Counted from the first letter of the stretch, positions 39,106 through 54,108 are shown. The stretch is DNA of 64,000 bases from Octopus vulgaris (GCA_951406725.2 OX597831.1:22878001-22942000), one strand, 5' to 3'. Translations and numbers: made by a program. Notes: generated from the sequence alone by a model not told the origin.

Positions 39106-40419
39106 TTATTATTATTAAATGCTTAGCAGCATTTCATCCATCTAACATTCTGAGTTCAAATTCCACCAAGGTTAACTTTACCTTTCATCCTTTCAGGGTC
39201 AATAAGAAGACTACTAGTTGAACACTGGGGTTGATGTAATTGACTAAATTACATCAACCCCAGAAATGTGCCTATAGCAGAAGAGATTCTTCTTCTTCTT
39301 ATTCTTCTTCTTCTCATTATTATTATTATTATCATCATTATTATTACTATTAGATGCTTAGCTGCATTTCTTATATTAAGGAATGGCATGTATCTCAAAA
39401 TTTGAATTTTGTTCAACTTGTGCAGTGCTTTTGCACATCAGCATGTAAATTTTTATCATATCTGTATATATGATTACACCAGTGAAATCTTGAAGCTACA
39501 AGACATTGCATGATTATATATAATTCAAAACGGTGTGAATAAAAATGCATTACATTTGACAGAATAACCAGGATTAAGGAGACCTTCCATGTGTGAAACA
39601 CCAAAGACTGAATGGGTTTAACGACACGCATAGATTAAATATGTGACATTGATAATGTTTGGATTATTGAGCTGCTTCTGGCATTAAATATGAATTTAGG
39701 TTGGCGTGTTTAGATAATATGGTGAGAAGTGGAGTGAAGAATTTAAATTTGATCTCAGTGGAGCTGAAGCATATTTCTAGAATTTGAAACAACTACAGCG
39801 GAAACTTTTATGGTTCAGATTGAAGAGGAAAGCTGATACACATGATTCCTTTTATAAAGCTCCTTCAAATCTCATAGCTATCTTATCTAAGGACTGGACA
39901 AATCATATAATGTCGACAAGGATCTGCTCGATTGGGGTTCTTAAGGTAGTGCTCCAGCTTGGCCACAGTCTAATGACTAAAACACGTAAAAGGTAAAAAG
40001 TAAAAAGGGACTATCCTATTCAATGCATTATTTCCCTTATTTTAGACTGTAGCATGTAAGTTGAGGTTGATTTGGCTGCTATTTCTAGCCAATCCAGCAA
40101 CAACACATAAATTCGCTCATGGACATCACCATCATCACCACCACCACCATCATCACCACCACCATCATCATCATCATCTTCATCATCGTTTTAGCACTAC
40201 TCTTCCATGCTCGTAAGGATCAGCCAGAATCTGTTGAGGCCAATTTGTTATGGCCACTTGTCCTTTCCTGTCACCAAGCTTCACCTGTTTCCAAGCAATG
40301 TAATATTTTCCCACGGCTGGACAAGTCTATCTTGGAAGATTGGAAAGGAATGACACCACTTGTATGATGGTGATACTTGTTTACAACTATCACATGATAT
40401 CAAATCTAGTCCAACCACA

Positions 40420-40615
40420 CAAAAATGTAAATTCTTACCTGTGCGTATACATAGAATACTTGTGGAATATCTCAATAGAAACATCAATTTGGTACAAACA
40501 TAGCAGACCTGATATTGCTTTGTGGGACAAGAAACAAAAGTCATACAATGTCACAGAGGTCAGATGTCCAGCGGATGTGAATGTACAACCAAATGTCCAA
40601 GGAAAAGAGAACATC
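40420..40615 (+). mobile_element. Restriction-like endonuclease LINE fragment (R4/Dong/NeSL-like)
   Basis: EYLWNISIETSIWYKHSRPDIALWDKKQKSYNVTEVRCPADVN: RPD...EV.CP motif. Confidence 0.7.
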
Positions 40616-40918
40616 GATTTTTACAGCTGGATGACCTTCCTAACACTAACCACCCAGCAAGGTGGACATGCCATAATTGACTGCTAACTCCCAAATTCTT
40701 TTTAGTATCTCTCTGCTTATTTCCTCATGCTCCTTTCTGTTGAAGAGCATAGGCTCGAAACATGAAAAACTTACTCACATTCCCGAGTATCAAACTAATA
40801 CACCTGCTTGTTGTTTATACACCTATCTTCATATTTTGTTTTCCTGTAAATTTCAACTATATAGATAGATAGATAGATAAATATGTATGTGTGTGTATAT
40901 ATATATATGTGTGTGTGA

Positions 40919-40953
<35 letters not shown>

Positions 40954-41063
40954 TAGAGAAATGAAAAAGAGAAAATGGATTGAACAATATTCTTTATTTC
41001 ATATAACTACAATTGTTGCCACACCCACACAGTTACACCTATAGTACATCACAAGATGATATA

Positions 41064-41920
41064 TTGGGTTGTCCGGAAACTTCGTTCCGAGTTTTAAAGG
41101 AAAGTAAAAGGTCAATAAATACTTGCCATTACATTTTTAATCAACCAAATATGAACCAATTTGTTGCACAATGCGTCTCCATCTTTCCTTTAACTTGAAA
41201 ATACCCTCTTTCCAGAATTGAGGTGGTTTCATGGCAAAGAATTCATCAAGGTGTCTTTTTACGTCATTCAAGGAATTGAAATTTTTACCATTAAGACTAT
41301 TCTGCAGAGACCTGAATAAGTGGAAATCCGAAGGAGCAATATCTGGGGAATATGGAGGGTGGGGTAACACATCCCGGCTGAGCTGCAGCAATTTTTGTCC
41401 GGTTCCCAAAGAAACATGCAGCTTTGCATTATCATGTTAGAAAACAATATCCTTCCTGTTGGCCAATTCTGGACGCTTCTCTTAAATTGCTGCTTTTAAC
41501 TCATCCAGTTGTGTGCAGTATTTCTCAGAATTAAATGTCTGGTTACTTGGGAGAAGCTCATAGTACAGAATTCCTTTCCAATCCCACCAGACACAAACCA
41601 AGACTTTTTTAGAATGAAGACCCACTTGTGGCTAAGGGTGACTCATGTCGCTTACTCCAGGATCGCTTTCTCTGAACATTTTGGTAGATAATCCATTTCT
41701 CATCACCTGTCACAATTTGCTTTAAAAAGGTATGTTTTCATTCCGTTTTTAAAGTGAATCACAGATGGAAATGCAACCCAAAAGGTTCTTCTCACTCAAC
41801 TCATGTGGTACCCAAACATCGTAGCGATTTGTGTACCCAAGCTTTACCAGGTGCTCATGAACGACAGATTTTGATAGGTTGAGGCTTTCTGCCAATTCTC
41901 CTTTAATTTTGTCTGTCGTT
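41064..41920 (-). pseudogene. Mariner (DD34D) transposase remnant with 3' TIR
   Basis: WVPHEL, IVTGDEKW, HDNA, HPPYSPDIAPSDFHLF motifs with frameshifts; TA|TTGGGTTGTCCGGAAA terminus. Confidence 0.92.
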
Positions 41921-42236
41921 AGTACCATCTGTAGGTGTATATTAATATGAATATCTTTGCTTTCTTTCTGTTTGCATGTATATATATGTGTGTGTGTGTA
42001 TATATATATATATTATATAAAATCTGTTCTGTCTGTCTGTGTGTGTGTGTCTTCTAGGATCTTGGGCATCATCCATCTGATTGCACTCAAATTTGATATG
42101 TAGACACCGATGGTATCAGAGCATGTATAAGTCTTGAAAAATTTACAAAAAGCGATTCCAGGTGAGAATGCAATCGATAAAGCCGTGGGGACGTGCATTT
42201 GTACGCGCAAGTACATCAGCTGTTGCAGGTCTTCCC

Positions 42237-42273
<37 letters not shown>

Positions 42274-42496
42274 CATACATTTGTCTACCAGACTTCACTA
42301 ACAAAGTTTTTATTCATCTGAGTATAAAGCACAAAACTCTTGCCATTCATGCAATGAAACGGAAACCAAAAGAACAAGGCTGGGAAACAGGCCTCTTAAC
42401 CCACAGCCATGACTCGGAATTATGAATCAAATATGATATAATACTGAATATGCATGTGAGAGATCATCCATATGTTAAAAAGATGGAGTCAAATCA

Positions 42497-42541
<45 letters not shown>

Positions 42542-42668
42542 TGCTAGATTATCTAGAGGCAATGTTTGGTTTAGAAATTGATATCACAGATATTTCATAG
42601 CAGGATAAATAAAATAACAATAACACAATTAGTATTTTCACTGAATATAAATTGATATTTCTTTTGCG

Positions 42669-42750
<82 letters not shown>

Positions 42751-43207
42751 TCAATGTAAGAAAGCATAAATAGAAAAATAGATATATGGATACATATGCA
42801 CACACATATGAATGCATCTGTCTGTATATCTATATATGTGTATATAACAGACAGATATATAGGTATGTCGTACATACATACACACACACACATATATATA
42901 TATATATGCACATGCACACACACATATATATATATAGATGCACATACATATATATATATACACACACACACATATATATATACACACATATATATACACA
43001 CACATATATATAAACACACATTTATATATATACATATATATAAACTCACACATATATATATACACATATATATATACACACACACACATATATATACACA
43101 CACACTTATATATATATATATACACATATATATATGCACGCACACACATATATATATATATATACACACACACATATATATATATGTGTGTATGTGCATA
43201 AATACAT

Positions 43208-43260
<53 letters not shown>

Positions 43261-44254
43261 CCCACATATATCTTATTATTGTTTTATTATTATTATTATT
43301 TTCTTTTGTGTTTGTTTTCAATCTCACTCACCTGCTGTATTGAGTAAAGTATACAACACCAGAGGGCAGCAAAGTATAGAGGTGTGCAGCAGAGTTTGCC
43401 ACTATTAGTTTACATGTGTGTGCGTGTGCATGTGCATGCGTGTGTGAGGTGAGCAGATGTGTGGATGTTCGTAGGATACAGGTGTATATGTGTGTATGTA
43501 CATACGTGTGCATGAGTGTGTTCAATGAATATTCTTGTTGTTGTTGTGATTGTTGTTGTTGTTGTTTGGGCATGTTATTTTAAATTGTGCAGACTTTTGA
43601 TCAAAGGCGTCGTCCCTCAGGGTGTCAATTTGAAAGAAGTTTGGCTGCCGTTACTAGCAATTCAAATAACTCCGTGCAAGTTCCTTGTTTGGCTTGTGTA
43701 TTTGCATACACGTGTGCTTGGGTGTGTATGGATACAATTATTAGTATCTGTGTGTGTGTGTGTGTTCATTATAGTCTATACAGGTGTGGAAATGCTGTTA
43801 TTTGCAAAGAACACCTGAGGAGGTAAGAAAAGCAGAGAATAACGAGAAAGGAGGTAAAGGTGTTAGAGGATGGATGAGGGGTAGGGTATCCTACTTTTAG
43901 CTTACTATTGTCTGTCTGTCTGTCTTTCTGCCTCCATCTATCATCTCTTTATCTCATCTCTCTCTCTCTCTGTCGTTCTGTCTGTCTGTCTGTCTATCCA
44001 TCTCTCTCACTCTCTCTCCCTCTCTCTCACCTTCTCGCTCTCCCTCTCCACCTCTCCCTTTTTCTTTCTCTCTCTCTCTCTCTCTCTCTCTTTCCTTCTT
44101 ATATGTAATAAAATGTCAGAGTGAAATAACATCATCAGTAGCATCATCATCATCATCATCAACAACATCAATAAGTATTTGAAAACAACAACAACAACAT
44201 CAGCTGTTTCACAGCAGAAGTAACAACTACTGCAGCAACGACCACAAACCACCA

Positions 44255-44290
44255 CCACCACCACTACTACTATTACTACTACTGCTGCTG

Positions 44291-44321
<31 letters not shown>

Positions 44322-44670
44322 AGCTACTACTACGACTGCTGCTGCTGCTACTACTACTACTGCTTTACGACTACTACTGCTGCTGCTACTACTACTACTA
44401 CTGCTGCTGCTGCTACTACTACTACTACTACTACTGCTTTACGACTACTGCTGCTGCTACTACTAATACTACTACTGCTTTACGACTACTACTGCTGCTG
44501 CTACTAATACTACTACTGCTTTACGACTACTGCTGCTGCTGCTACTAATACTACTACTGCTTTACGACTACTACTGCTGCTGCTACTACTACTACTACTG
44601 CTTTACGACTACTGCTGCTGCTGCTACTACTACTACTGCTGCTGCTTTACGACTACTGCTGCTGCTGCTG

Positions 44671-44706
<36 letters not shown>
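44255..44706. repeat. Compound (CTA)/(CTG) array with recurring CTTTACGA interruption
   Basis: Directly visible; interruption repeated about 8 times. Confidence 0.9.
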
Positions 44707-44707
<1 letters not shown>

Positions 44708-46049
44708 CAGAGAAAATATGTAGATATAATGTGCATGAGTGTGTACACACATAAATATATATATACTGATGAATTATATATACATACACGCACACACACA
44801 TTTGTGTGCATATATCGGTGTGTGTATGTGCATATATATTCCTGGAAATACTCGTATGGGTGTCTATATGTATGATGAGTATGTCTAAGTAATAAGTATA
44901 TATGTGTGTGTGTGTGTGTGTGTATGTGAGTACAGATATACACACGCATGTTTGTATATTGTTGAATTATCTCACATTGCTGTAAGTCATTCTTATAAGA
45001 GAAGCCATGCAAACCTGTTCATCAGTTTGAAGAGAGAACCGTGCTGCTTGAGGGCAATTTAGAGCTGAAAATCTCAAGTAAAACTGTATAAACTAGGTTC
45101 CTTCTTGTCAAAAATTGATAATAGAATTATGAAATGTTGAGTTCTCCTTCGAGAAATAATCGGTCATAATGATGGCGCCATATAGGCTCTTTTGAATTTC
45201 GATTCATTTTTCGCTTTCGCTGAAAAGGGAGGGAGGGGGGGAAAGTTTTTAAAGTTTTATTTCTGTTTTGTTTGTTTGTTTGTTTTTCATTTTTTTTTTG
45301 TTCTTTTGTGGGGGCGGATTTTTTGGTGTTTCCTTTTTTTTTGTTCGTTCATGCATTTCTCAGAAAGGATTTTGTTTCAATGTTGTAATATCAGAGGAAA
45401 TGAAGAAAAATAAATAAATAAAATAAAAAAACAGTATATGAAATAAAAATTGAAAAAAAGAATATAAAAATTTTTTTTTAAAATCATATAAAGTGAATGA
45501 TAATAAATATAAAAAAAAGATAAAAGATAAATATAAAAGAATAAAAGGTAAAAATATAAAAAATAAAGATTAAAATATATATATATATATATATATAAAA
45601 ACAATAAAGAAGCCCAATAAAATTAATTCTCGATTTGTATTCACGTCTGTCTTTCTTTTTGCCATTCTGGTAATCTTCTTTTCACTATCTTTCCATTTAT
45701 CTTCAGCTTTTTTCCTCTCTTTCTCTCACCGCCCCCCCCCCCCAGCTCGATTTTTGTATTTTTGGTTGTCTTTTCTTTTCCAATAACTACCCTGCTACAA
45801 ACTACCATCTCTTGTGCACTAGAACTTTCCATAATTTTTTTTTTTTTTTGTCAGTTACATAGCATTGAACCTTTATTTCCTAAGGATACAAATAATAATA
45901 ATAATAATAATAATGAAAACGACACAGAAGACCGAAACCCCTTACAGTTTTTAATTTCAGTTCTATCGATTAGTTTTGACAATCAAAACTGTGCACCATT
46001 TAAATTCTGTCTTTAACCCTACCTGCGACAGCTATCCCCCACTGCAACA

Positions 46050-46410
46050 TCTACCCCTTGATCACTTTGCAGGGAATCTAAGCATATTGATTGGTATATA
46101 ATAGCTTGGAGACCAGGGAATCTCTCCATGTTGAGCCACACTTCTCTGCTTTGAGAGGCCACAGCTCTTATATTACAGACATGTAATTAAAATGCCGTAG
46201 GATGAAATAGCAAAATGAATTCTCTATGCCAAAGCAACCAGCTGGAGGCTTAGTGGGTAGACCAAGGATCAGATGATTGGATAATATCCATAGTCTTGCT
46301 TGGTGGTGCTTGGGAATTGAACCTGAAAGTCTAACAACAGTTGCTGCTGATATAGGACCTTGCAGAGAAGATACCTGAGGACTCTAACAATATGACCCTT
46401 CCAGAAATAA
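46050..46410 (+). mobile_element. Decayed RTE (Expander/Rex3-like) C-terminus
   Basis: RESLHVEP...ERPQL.YYRHVIKMP...GRPRIR*LDNIHSLAWWCLGIEPESL; shorter related copy at about 47345-47455. Confidence 0.65.
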
Positions 46411-46419
46411 TAGGTAGAA

Positions 46420-46985
46420 GGTGGTGAACTGGCAGAAACAAAAGCATGCTGGGCGAAATGCTTAGCAGTATTTCATCTGCTGCTACGTTCTGAGTTCAAA
46501 TTCCGCCGAGGTCGACTTTGCCTTTCATTCTTTCGGGGTCAATAAATTAAGTACTAGTTATGCACTGGGGTCAATGTAATCGACTTAATCCCTTTGTCTG
46601 TCCTTGTTTGTCCCTTCTCTATTTCATCTGCCGCTACGTTCTCAGTTCAAATTCCACTGAGGTTGACTTTGCCTTTCATCCTTTCGGGGTCGATTAAATA
46701 AATACCAGTTACGCACTGGGGTGGATATAATCGACTTAATCCTTTTGTCTGTCCTTATTTGTCCTCTCTGTGTTTAGCCCCTTGCTGGTAGTAAATAAAT
46801 AGGTATTTCATCTGCTGCTACATTCTGACTTCAAATTTCGCCGAGGTTGACTTTGCCTTTCATCCTTTCGGGGTCGAAAAATTAAGTACCAGTTACGTAC
46901 TGGGATCGATGTAATTGACTTAATCCCTTTGTCTGTCCCCTCTCTGTGTATCCCCTTGTGGGCAGTGAAGAAATAAAGAAATAAA
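46420..46985 (+). mobile_element. SINE family B, triple head-to-tail array
   Basis: Core repeated three times; copies 2 and 3 restart at TATTTCATCTGC (about 46620 and 46804). Confidence 0.9.
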
Positions 46986-47990
46986 ATAAGAAATAGTAGG
47001 TAGAGAAGAAGATAGATGGGTAGATGGATGGATAGATTGATGGCTGGCTGGCTGGATGGATGGATGGATGGATTAATATAATCTTTTAGTATCCAGATTA
47101 CACACTTCAATGTAATGTAATGCGATGTTTATCTATTCAGTGTTTTGAATTAAAGATGCCTTATCTCATCACTTTGATGTATTGATGATGTGAGTGTTTG
47201 TGTTTATAATGACATTGTAGGTCAGGTGTAAGAAGCAGGATCTGCCAGGTTTGAACAGGTAAAATGTTTGGAACATAAATTAGCTTGAAATTCTGATGGA
47301 CAGTTTTTATTTAAACCACTTTAAATCAGTAAGCAGTCTTACTTGATCATGCTTGGGAATCCAGTCAGAAAGTCAAATGACATAATTGCTGCTGATAGGA
47401 CTCTGCAGAAGAGGCACCTGAGGACTTTGACAGCACGACCCTTCCAGAAATAGAAGGTGTAGGAAAAGATGGTTGGGTAGAATTTCTGAATATAAAAAAG
47501 TAAGCAGAACAACTTCAACAAAGTGGAGACCTTGTTTGAAAATTGAGGAAGATTTTATATTGGTCTTAATAGAAAAAGCAATCAAACTCAATTAGAAAAA
47601 AACAAAACAATCAAACTTGTCATTATTCTACAGTGTGGCAGCAACTTACCTGAAAAGAACTGTTTGGCTACAGTAACGATAAGGAAATCTCTTATTTAAT
47701 GTTGTGATGCGCAGCAAATTGTCACAATTTATGAATGTCAAAACATTTGTTAAGCATTAAGAAAGGAGAATAAATTTTCAAATATAAAAGGCAAATAGAC
47801 TAAAAAAAACACACAGATGGTTAATTTAGAAACCTTTGAATTATTTCATTGAGTTTTATGAGATAGATAGAAAATGTAAGCAGAATGACTCCAGCATGGG
47901 TCGGATGATTAAGAGAGTTTGAATTTTATAAAGGGGAACAAATTCAACAGCTTTAAGTGCTAAAGTGTTACTTTATATACATACACACAC

Positions 47991-48021
<31 letters not shown>

Positions 48022-48635
48022 TGTGTATGTGTGTGTATGTGTATGTATGTATATATATATATATATTCTCTCTTTCTCACTCTATATATAGAGGTATATA
48101 TATATGTGTGTGTATACATACACACAAATACATACATACACATATATTTACATATGCATGTATGTGTGTGTTTTTATATATATATATATATCTTTACACT
48201 GATAGCAAACAGCATTTCGTAATATTAGGATTGATGTAAATTCTACTACTACTACTACTAATAATAATAATAATAATAATAATAATGATGATGATAATAG
48301 TAATAGTAATAATTGTAATAGTAGTAGTAGTAATAATAATGATAGTAATAATAGTAATAATGATAATAATAGTAATAGTAGTAATAATAATAATGATAAT
48401 AATAATAATAGTAATAATAATAATAAACCGTATCTTTTAGTTACTGATCCCATGATATCTTTACTTTGATCATCTAACATTAAGGAGTTGGTTCTAATGT
48501 TTTAAACTTTAAATTTCTTTACAGTGAAGCTAAATATATTTGATAGCCTGAATTAATAATAGATGTATACATCCGTTAATACTCTGTGATGAAGTTTCTA
48601 TAAATATTATCAATCATTTAAAACCAAAATGATGG

Positions 48636-48694
<59 letters not shown>

Positions 48695-49039
48695 TATACA
48701 TGTGTGTGTGAGTATGTGTGAATAGAATATCATAGCAGTGTGGTTTGTTTTTACCCAAATGCGTGTGTGGCCCCTATTCTATTGGAGCAAATGGGGGACT
48801 TGAAGATAAAAAGAAATCAAAATAATGATTCACCCAGTTACTGATCATAAATACTATGATCTCTCCTTCTCCTTTCTCCCTCTATCTCACTAACCCTCTT
48901 CACATGCAATTACACACACACACACACACACATGCACAGACATATACAGAGAGAGAGAGAGAGAGAAAAATTGATTTATATACATCTATATAATTATACA
49001 CTGAAATCTCTCTGTCTCCCCATATATATATACATATAT

Positions 49040-49309
<270 letters not shown>

Positions 49310-49369
49310 CATATATGCTTACAGACATATACAAACACACACACACACGTATAGATATATAAATGTGTG

Positions 49370-49553
49370 TGTGTATTGTTTAGCAATTTTCTTCTTCCGT
49401 CTTCCCTTCCTTTGACTTCCCTCTATTTCTGAAAAAGATCTTGGCTCGAAACATCAAATCCTCTTTCCTTCCCTTCATGAGTGTCTGATAATACAGTACT
49501 TATACCACGTACTCGCCTTATTGTTTTTCTTGTTTGTTCTTCTTTGTTTGGAT

Positions 49554-49558
<5 letters not shown>
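49370..49558 (+). mobile_element. Short PLE-like terminal fragment with degenerate hammerhead
   Basis: Paralog of 56298-56490; ATTT-CTGAAAA-A-GATC-ttg-GCTC-GAA-ACAT-C-AAAT. Confidence 0.6.
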
Positions 49559-49589
<31 letters not shown>

Positions 49590-49592
<3 letters not shown>

Positions 49593-49859
49593 CCAGCTTT
49601 GACTGGTCCCCGTGCTGGTGGCACATAAAAAGCACCATCTGAATGTGGCCGTTTACCAGCCTCGTCTGGCACCTGTGCCAGTGGCACGTAAAAATCACCC
49701 ACTACACTCACAGAGTGGTTGGCGTTAGGAAGGGCATCCAGCTGTAGAAACACTGCCAGATCAGACTGGGCCTGGTGCAACCTTCTGGCTTCCCAGACCC
49801 CAGTTGAACCGTCCAACCCATGCCAGCATGGAAAGCAGACGTTAAACGATGATGATGAT
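49590..49859 (+). mobile_element. RTE LINE 3' terminus
   Basis: Two units, tail and (GAT)n. Confidence 0.85.
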
Positions 49860-50054
49860 ATATATATATATATACATATATACATACACACACACACACA
49901 TATTAGTATATTAGAAAGACATAATAATGAATGAAAAATTAAACATCTTTAATTGAAATTTTCCAGTGTATAACATCTTGGCATGTGTTTCTGTTATATC
50001 AGCCTCTTAGGGTACTTAGACATAATGATTCTGTGCAACTAATCAATTCATATC

Positions 50055-50483
50055 CTTTTCTACTCGAGGTGCAAGGCCTGAAATTTTGGGGAAGGGGGTC
50101 AGTCGATTAGATTGACCCAAGTACACAACTGGTATTTAATTTAGTGATCCGGAAAGGATGTAAAGCAAAGTTGACCTTGGTGGAATTTGAACTCAAAATG
50201 TAATGACAGATGAAATACTACTAAGCATTTCGCCCAGTGTGCTAACGTTTCTTATTTCTTTATTGTTCACAAGGGGCTAAACATTGAGGGGACAATCAAG
50301 ACAAACAAAGGGATTAAGTCGATCACATCGATCCCAGTGCATAACTGGTACTTAATTTATCGACCCCGAAAGAATGAAAGGCAAAGTCAACCTCGACAGA
50401 ATTTGAACTCGGAACGAGAAGACAGATGAAGTATCACTAAGCATTTCACCCGGCCTGCTAACGCTTCTGCCAGCTCGCCACCT
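50055..50483 (-). mobile_element. SINE family B, tandem pair
   Basis: Two core copies. Confidence 0.85.
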
Positions 50484-50639
50484 TATTAAATTCAAATTGA
50501 ATCAATGCCAATCCATATATTAATGCGAGAATCTAATTTTTGCAAGTTTTTTTTTTGTTTTAAGGGAACTTACTACTGCTGTTAAGGTAAGGTCTACACT
50601 TTTCCAGGAGTCTTAAGTTTATCTTATCCTAGTTTTTGA

Positions 50640-50792
50640 CAAAGTGCAGCCCATGGGCAGCATGTGGCCCATGACACTTTCTGAATGGCTTGCATAAAGA
50701 AAAATTACCTTGAATTTTTTATTAGTGCAACTCACCTATTGACTTACCATTGTCCCATGCTGCCTGCTTGTTGCAAACAGTTGCCCATGCTG
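50640..50792. mobile_element. Possible decayed hAT-type MITE
   Basis: GCAGCCCATGGGCAGCATGTGGCCC subterminal motif and GTTGCCCATGCTG end; no TSD seen. Confidence 0.35.
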
Positions 50793-50869
50793 GAGCTATA
50801 TATTACTTCTTGGTTATTCTAGCATATATGATGATCCAATATTTCTATCACTAAGTCACTGACCATGTC

Positions 50870-51597
50870 ACTAAGCTCAGCAATCCTTATTTCTTATCAC
50901 TTCATCCCAGCTCAGCATTCCTCAGTCCCCAAAATACCTTGGCTCAACATTTCTCAGCACCCGAGCTCAGCACCCTTCATTTCCCACTACATGCTAGCCC
51001 AGCATTTGTCAGTTATTTCCACACCCTAGTTCAATATTACTCAGTTATCCCCCACCACACCCTAGCTCAGCATTCCTAACTTCTCAGCACAATTTAGCTC
51101 AACATTCCTTAGTCCTCATCACACCTTAGTTCAGCATTCCTCAGTTATCTCCACACCCTGGCTCAGCATTCATAACTTCTCACCACAACTTAGCTCAACA
51201 TTCCTTAGTCCCCATCACACCTTAGCTCAGCATTTCTCAGTTATCTCTACACCCTGGTTCAGTTTCCACTACATACTAGCTCAGCATACCTTGGTTCCAC
51301 TACATACTATCTCAGCATATCTTGGTTCCCACCACACTCTAGCTCAGCATTTCTGAGTTCCTGCCACATGCTAGCTCAGCATTCCTAGGTTGTCACCACA
51401 TCCTGGCTCAACATTCCCCTGTCCCCACCACACTCTAGCTCAGCATTTCTGAGTTCCTGCCACATGCTAGCTCAGCATTCCTAGGTTGTCACCACATCCT
51501 GGCTCAACATTCCCCTGTCCCCACCACACTCTAGCTCAGCATTGCTCAGTTATCTTCACACCCTGGTTCAGCATTCCTCAATTCTCACTGCACCCAG
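50870..51597. repeat. 32-bp minisatellite with 96-bp higher-order repeats
   Basis: CTAGCTCAGCATTCCTCAGTT...CCACAC monomer; ACCACACTCT at 51331, 51427 and 51523. Confidence 0.9.
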
Positions 51598-52768
51598 TCC
51601 CTCTCCAACATTCTGGGGTTTCCCTCCTTGCTCTCTCTGCTTAACTGACTCAGGTTTGATTTCTTCCTAGTCTCAGCTCACCTACTCAATCTCTCTTAAC
51701 ACATGAACCATGCATCACGTCCTCCACCTCTTCAAGTGCCTTGACCAATGTCTGCCAACCACTCAATTATAATCTGGCCTATCCTCTCCATCAGAACAAT
51801 CTCCAGTTCTTTGACTGCAAATTAGGTTACAAGGAAAATCCAATAATCGGTCTCACACACACACACACATACATGCCAACACACACATACACATGTGCAC
51901 ATGTACGCAAAGAATTTCTCCAAGACCTGATTACTTTTATCATTTTATCAATGCTGAGATAATAAAACAAGGAAATCTTGTCTGAGAATCGGAATCTTTG
52001 GAAAAAGTTCTCCGGCACCACATGTATTCTTACCTCACTTCTCTCTCTCCCCCAGCACCCTTGGTTCTCTTTTATTGTCTTTTGTTGAGATTTGGTTCAG
52101 TGTCTGGGTGGGTGAGAGAGATAGTTCAGTGAGACCAGGTACGTGTGCGTGTGCGTGTGTGTATGCGTGTGTGTACAGATGTGTGTGAGTGTGATTGTGT
52201 AAAGGTGTGTGTGTGCACGTGTGTATGTGTGTGTGAGTGTATGTGTGCGCGTACAGATGTGTGAGTGTGATTGTGTAAATGTGTGTGTGCATGTGTGTGT
52301 GTGTGTGCATATGTGTGTGCGTGTGCATACATGTGTGTGAGTGTACATGTGTGTGTGTGTGCATGTGTGTGTGCATGTGCATACAGATGTACGAGTGTGT
52401 GTACAGATGTGTGTGAGTGTGTGTGTGTGTGCATACAGATGTATGAGTGTGTGTACAGATGTGTGTGAGTGTGTATGTGTAAATGTGTGCGTATGTGTAT
52501 GTTTGTGTATGTATGATAAGGCCTTCGGTGTATTTATGATTGTGCAAGGCGGATTTTGTGATAATGTGTGTAGATGTGTATTAAGAGAGAAACTGTGTGT
52601 GTGAGTATGTGTGTGTGTGAGTGTGTGTGTGTGATTGTATATGCACTGAGTTTGTGTGTAAATAATGTAAGCGCATGTATGTGTATATTGTGAGAAAGCG
52701 TGTAAATGCAAATGTGCGTATCTGTGTGTCTCTATGAGTATTAGGAATGTGTATATTAACAATGTGAG

Positions 52769-52803
<35 letters not shown>

Positions 52804-52977
52804 ATACGTGCTTGAACATGGTGAAACTGTGTGTATGCATGTGTTTATTTGTATGTGTATATATGTATATGTATATGTGTTTGCATATATCTAGTAAGTC
52901 TTTGTGAATTTGTTGGTATTTCTGAGAATACTTGTGTGAGTTAATGTTTTACAAAGTTAGCTTCACATGAGGCTTTT

Positions 52978-53028
<51 letters not shown>

Positions 53029-53166
53029 ATCTATCTATTTCTATCTATCTATCTATCTATTTACCCATCTGTCTGTCTGTCTATCTATCTGTCTATACAT
53101 ATATATATATAAATATATGAGAGAGAGTGGTGGGGAAAGAGAGATATATATCATATATATAGCTTG

Positions 53167-53548
53167 GGAGGCGCAATGGCCCAGTGGTTAGGGCAGTGGA
53201 CTCGCGGTCATAGGATCGTGGTTTCGATTCCCGGACCAGGCGTTGTGAGTGTTTATTGAGCGAAAACACCTAAAGCTCCACGAGGCTCCGGCAGGGATGG
53301 TGGTGATCCCTGCTGTACTCTTTCACCACAACTTTCTCTCACTCTTACTTCCTGTTTCTGTTGTACCTGTATTTCAAAGGGCCGGCCTTGTCACTCTCTG
53401 TGTCGTGCTGAATATCCCAGAGAACTACATTAAGGGTACACGTGTCTGTGGAGTGCTCAGCCACTTACACATTAATTTCACGAGCAGGCTGTTCCGTTGA
53501 TTCGGATCAACCGGAACCCTCATCGTCGTAACCGACGGAGTGCTTCCA
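53167..53548 (+). mobile_element. SINE family D, full length
   Basis: tRNA-like head with A and B boxes; paralog of 11009-11383. Confidence 0.9.
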
Positions 53549-54108
53549 CATATATAGCTTGACTGTATTCCTGTTGAATATATATATATATACATATATA
53601 TATTTATATATACATATATATGCACTTTCACATATACACATACATACATATACTCATGTATGTAATTTATTTATAATTGTTAATGTGCATACACAACACA
53701 ATGGTTAAAATGTACTCAATTCAGGAGATAGAAAAAGTCTTAAGTAAACACAGCTCGCATTGAATAAATACGAAATCACTATTTATCTACAGTTAAATAT
53801 CCATCTGTTATTTAAACAATGATATCCTCTATTTAACCATACATGTGTGCACGTGCATATGCACATGTATGTGTTTTATCAACATCAGCATCATTAATAT
53901 CATCATTGACCATAGGCACAGTAGTGGCTGTGTGGTAAGTGGCTTGCTTACCAACTACATGGTTCCGGGCTCAGTCCCTCTGCTTTGCACAATAATAACA
54001 ATAATAATGATTTAATCCATTCTGTCTTTCTATGATGTGTATCCTTATAAGGATACAAATAATAATAATAATAAGAACAACAACAACAATAATAATAATA
54101 GTAATAAT

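Noticed and set aside
44595-44945. Poly-Ser/Ala/Val minus-strand ORF
   Set aside because: Product of the CTA/CTG microsatellite.
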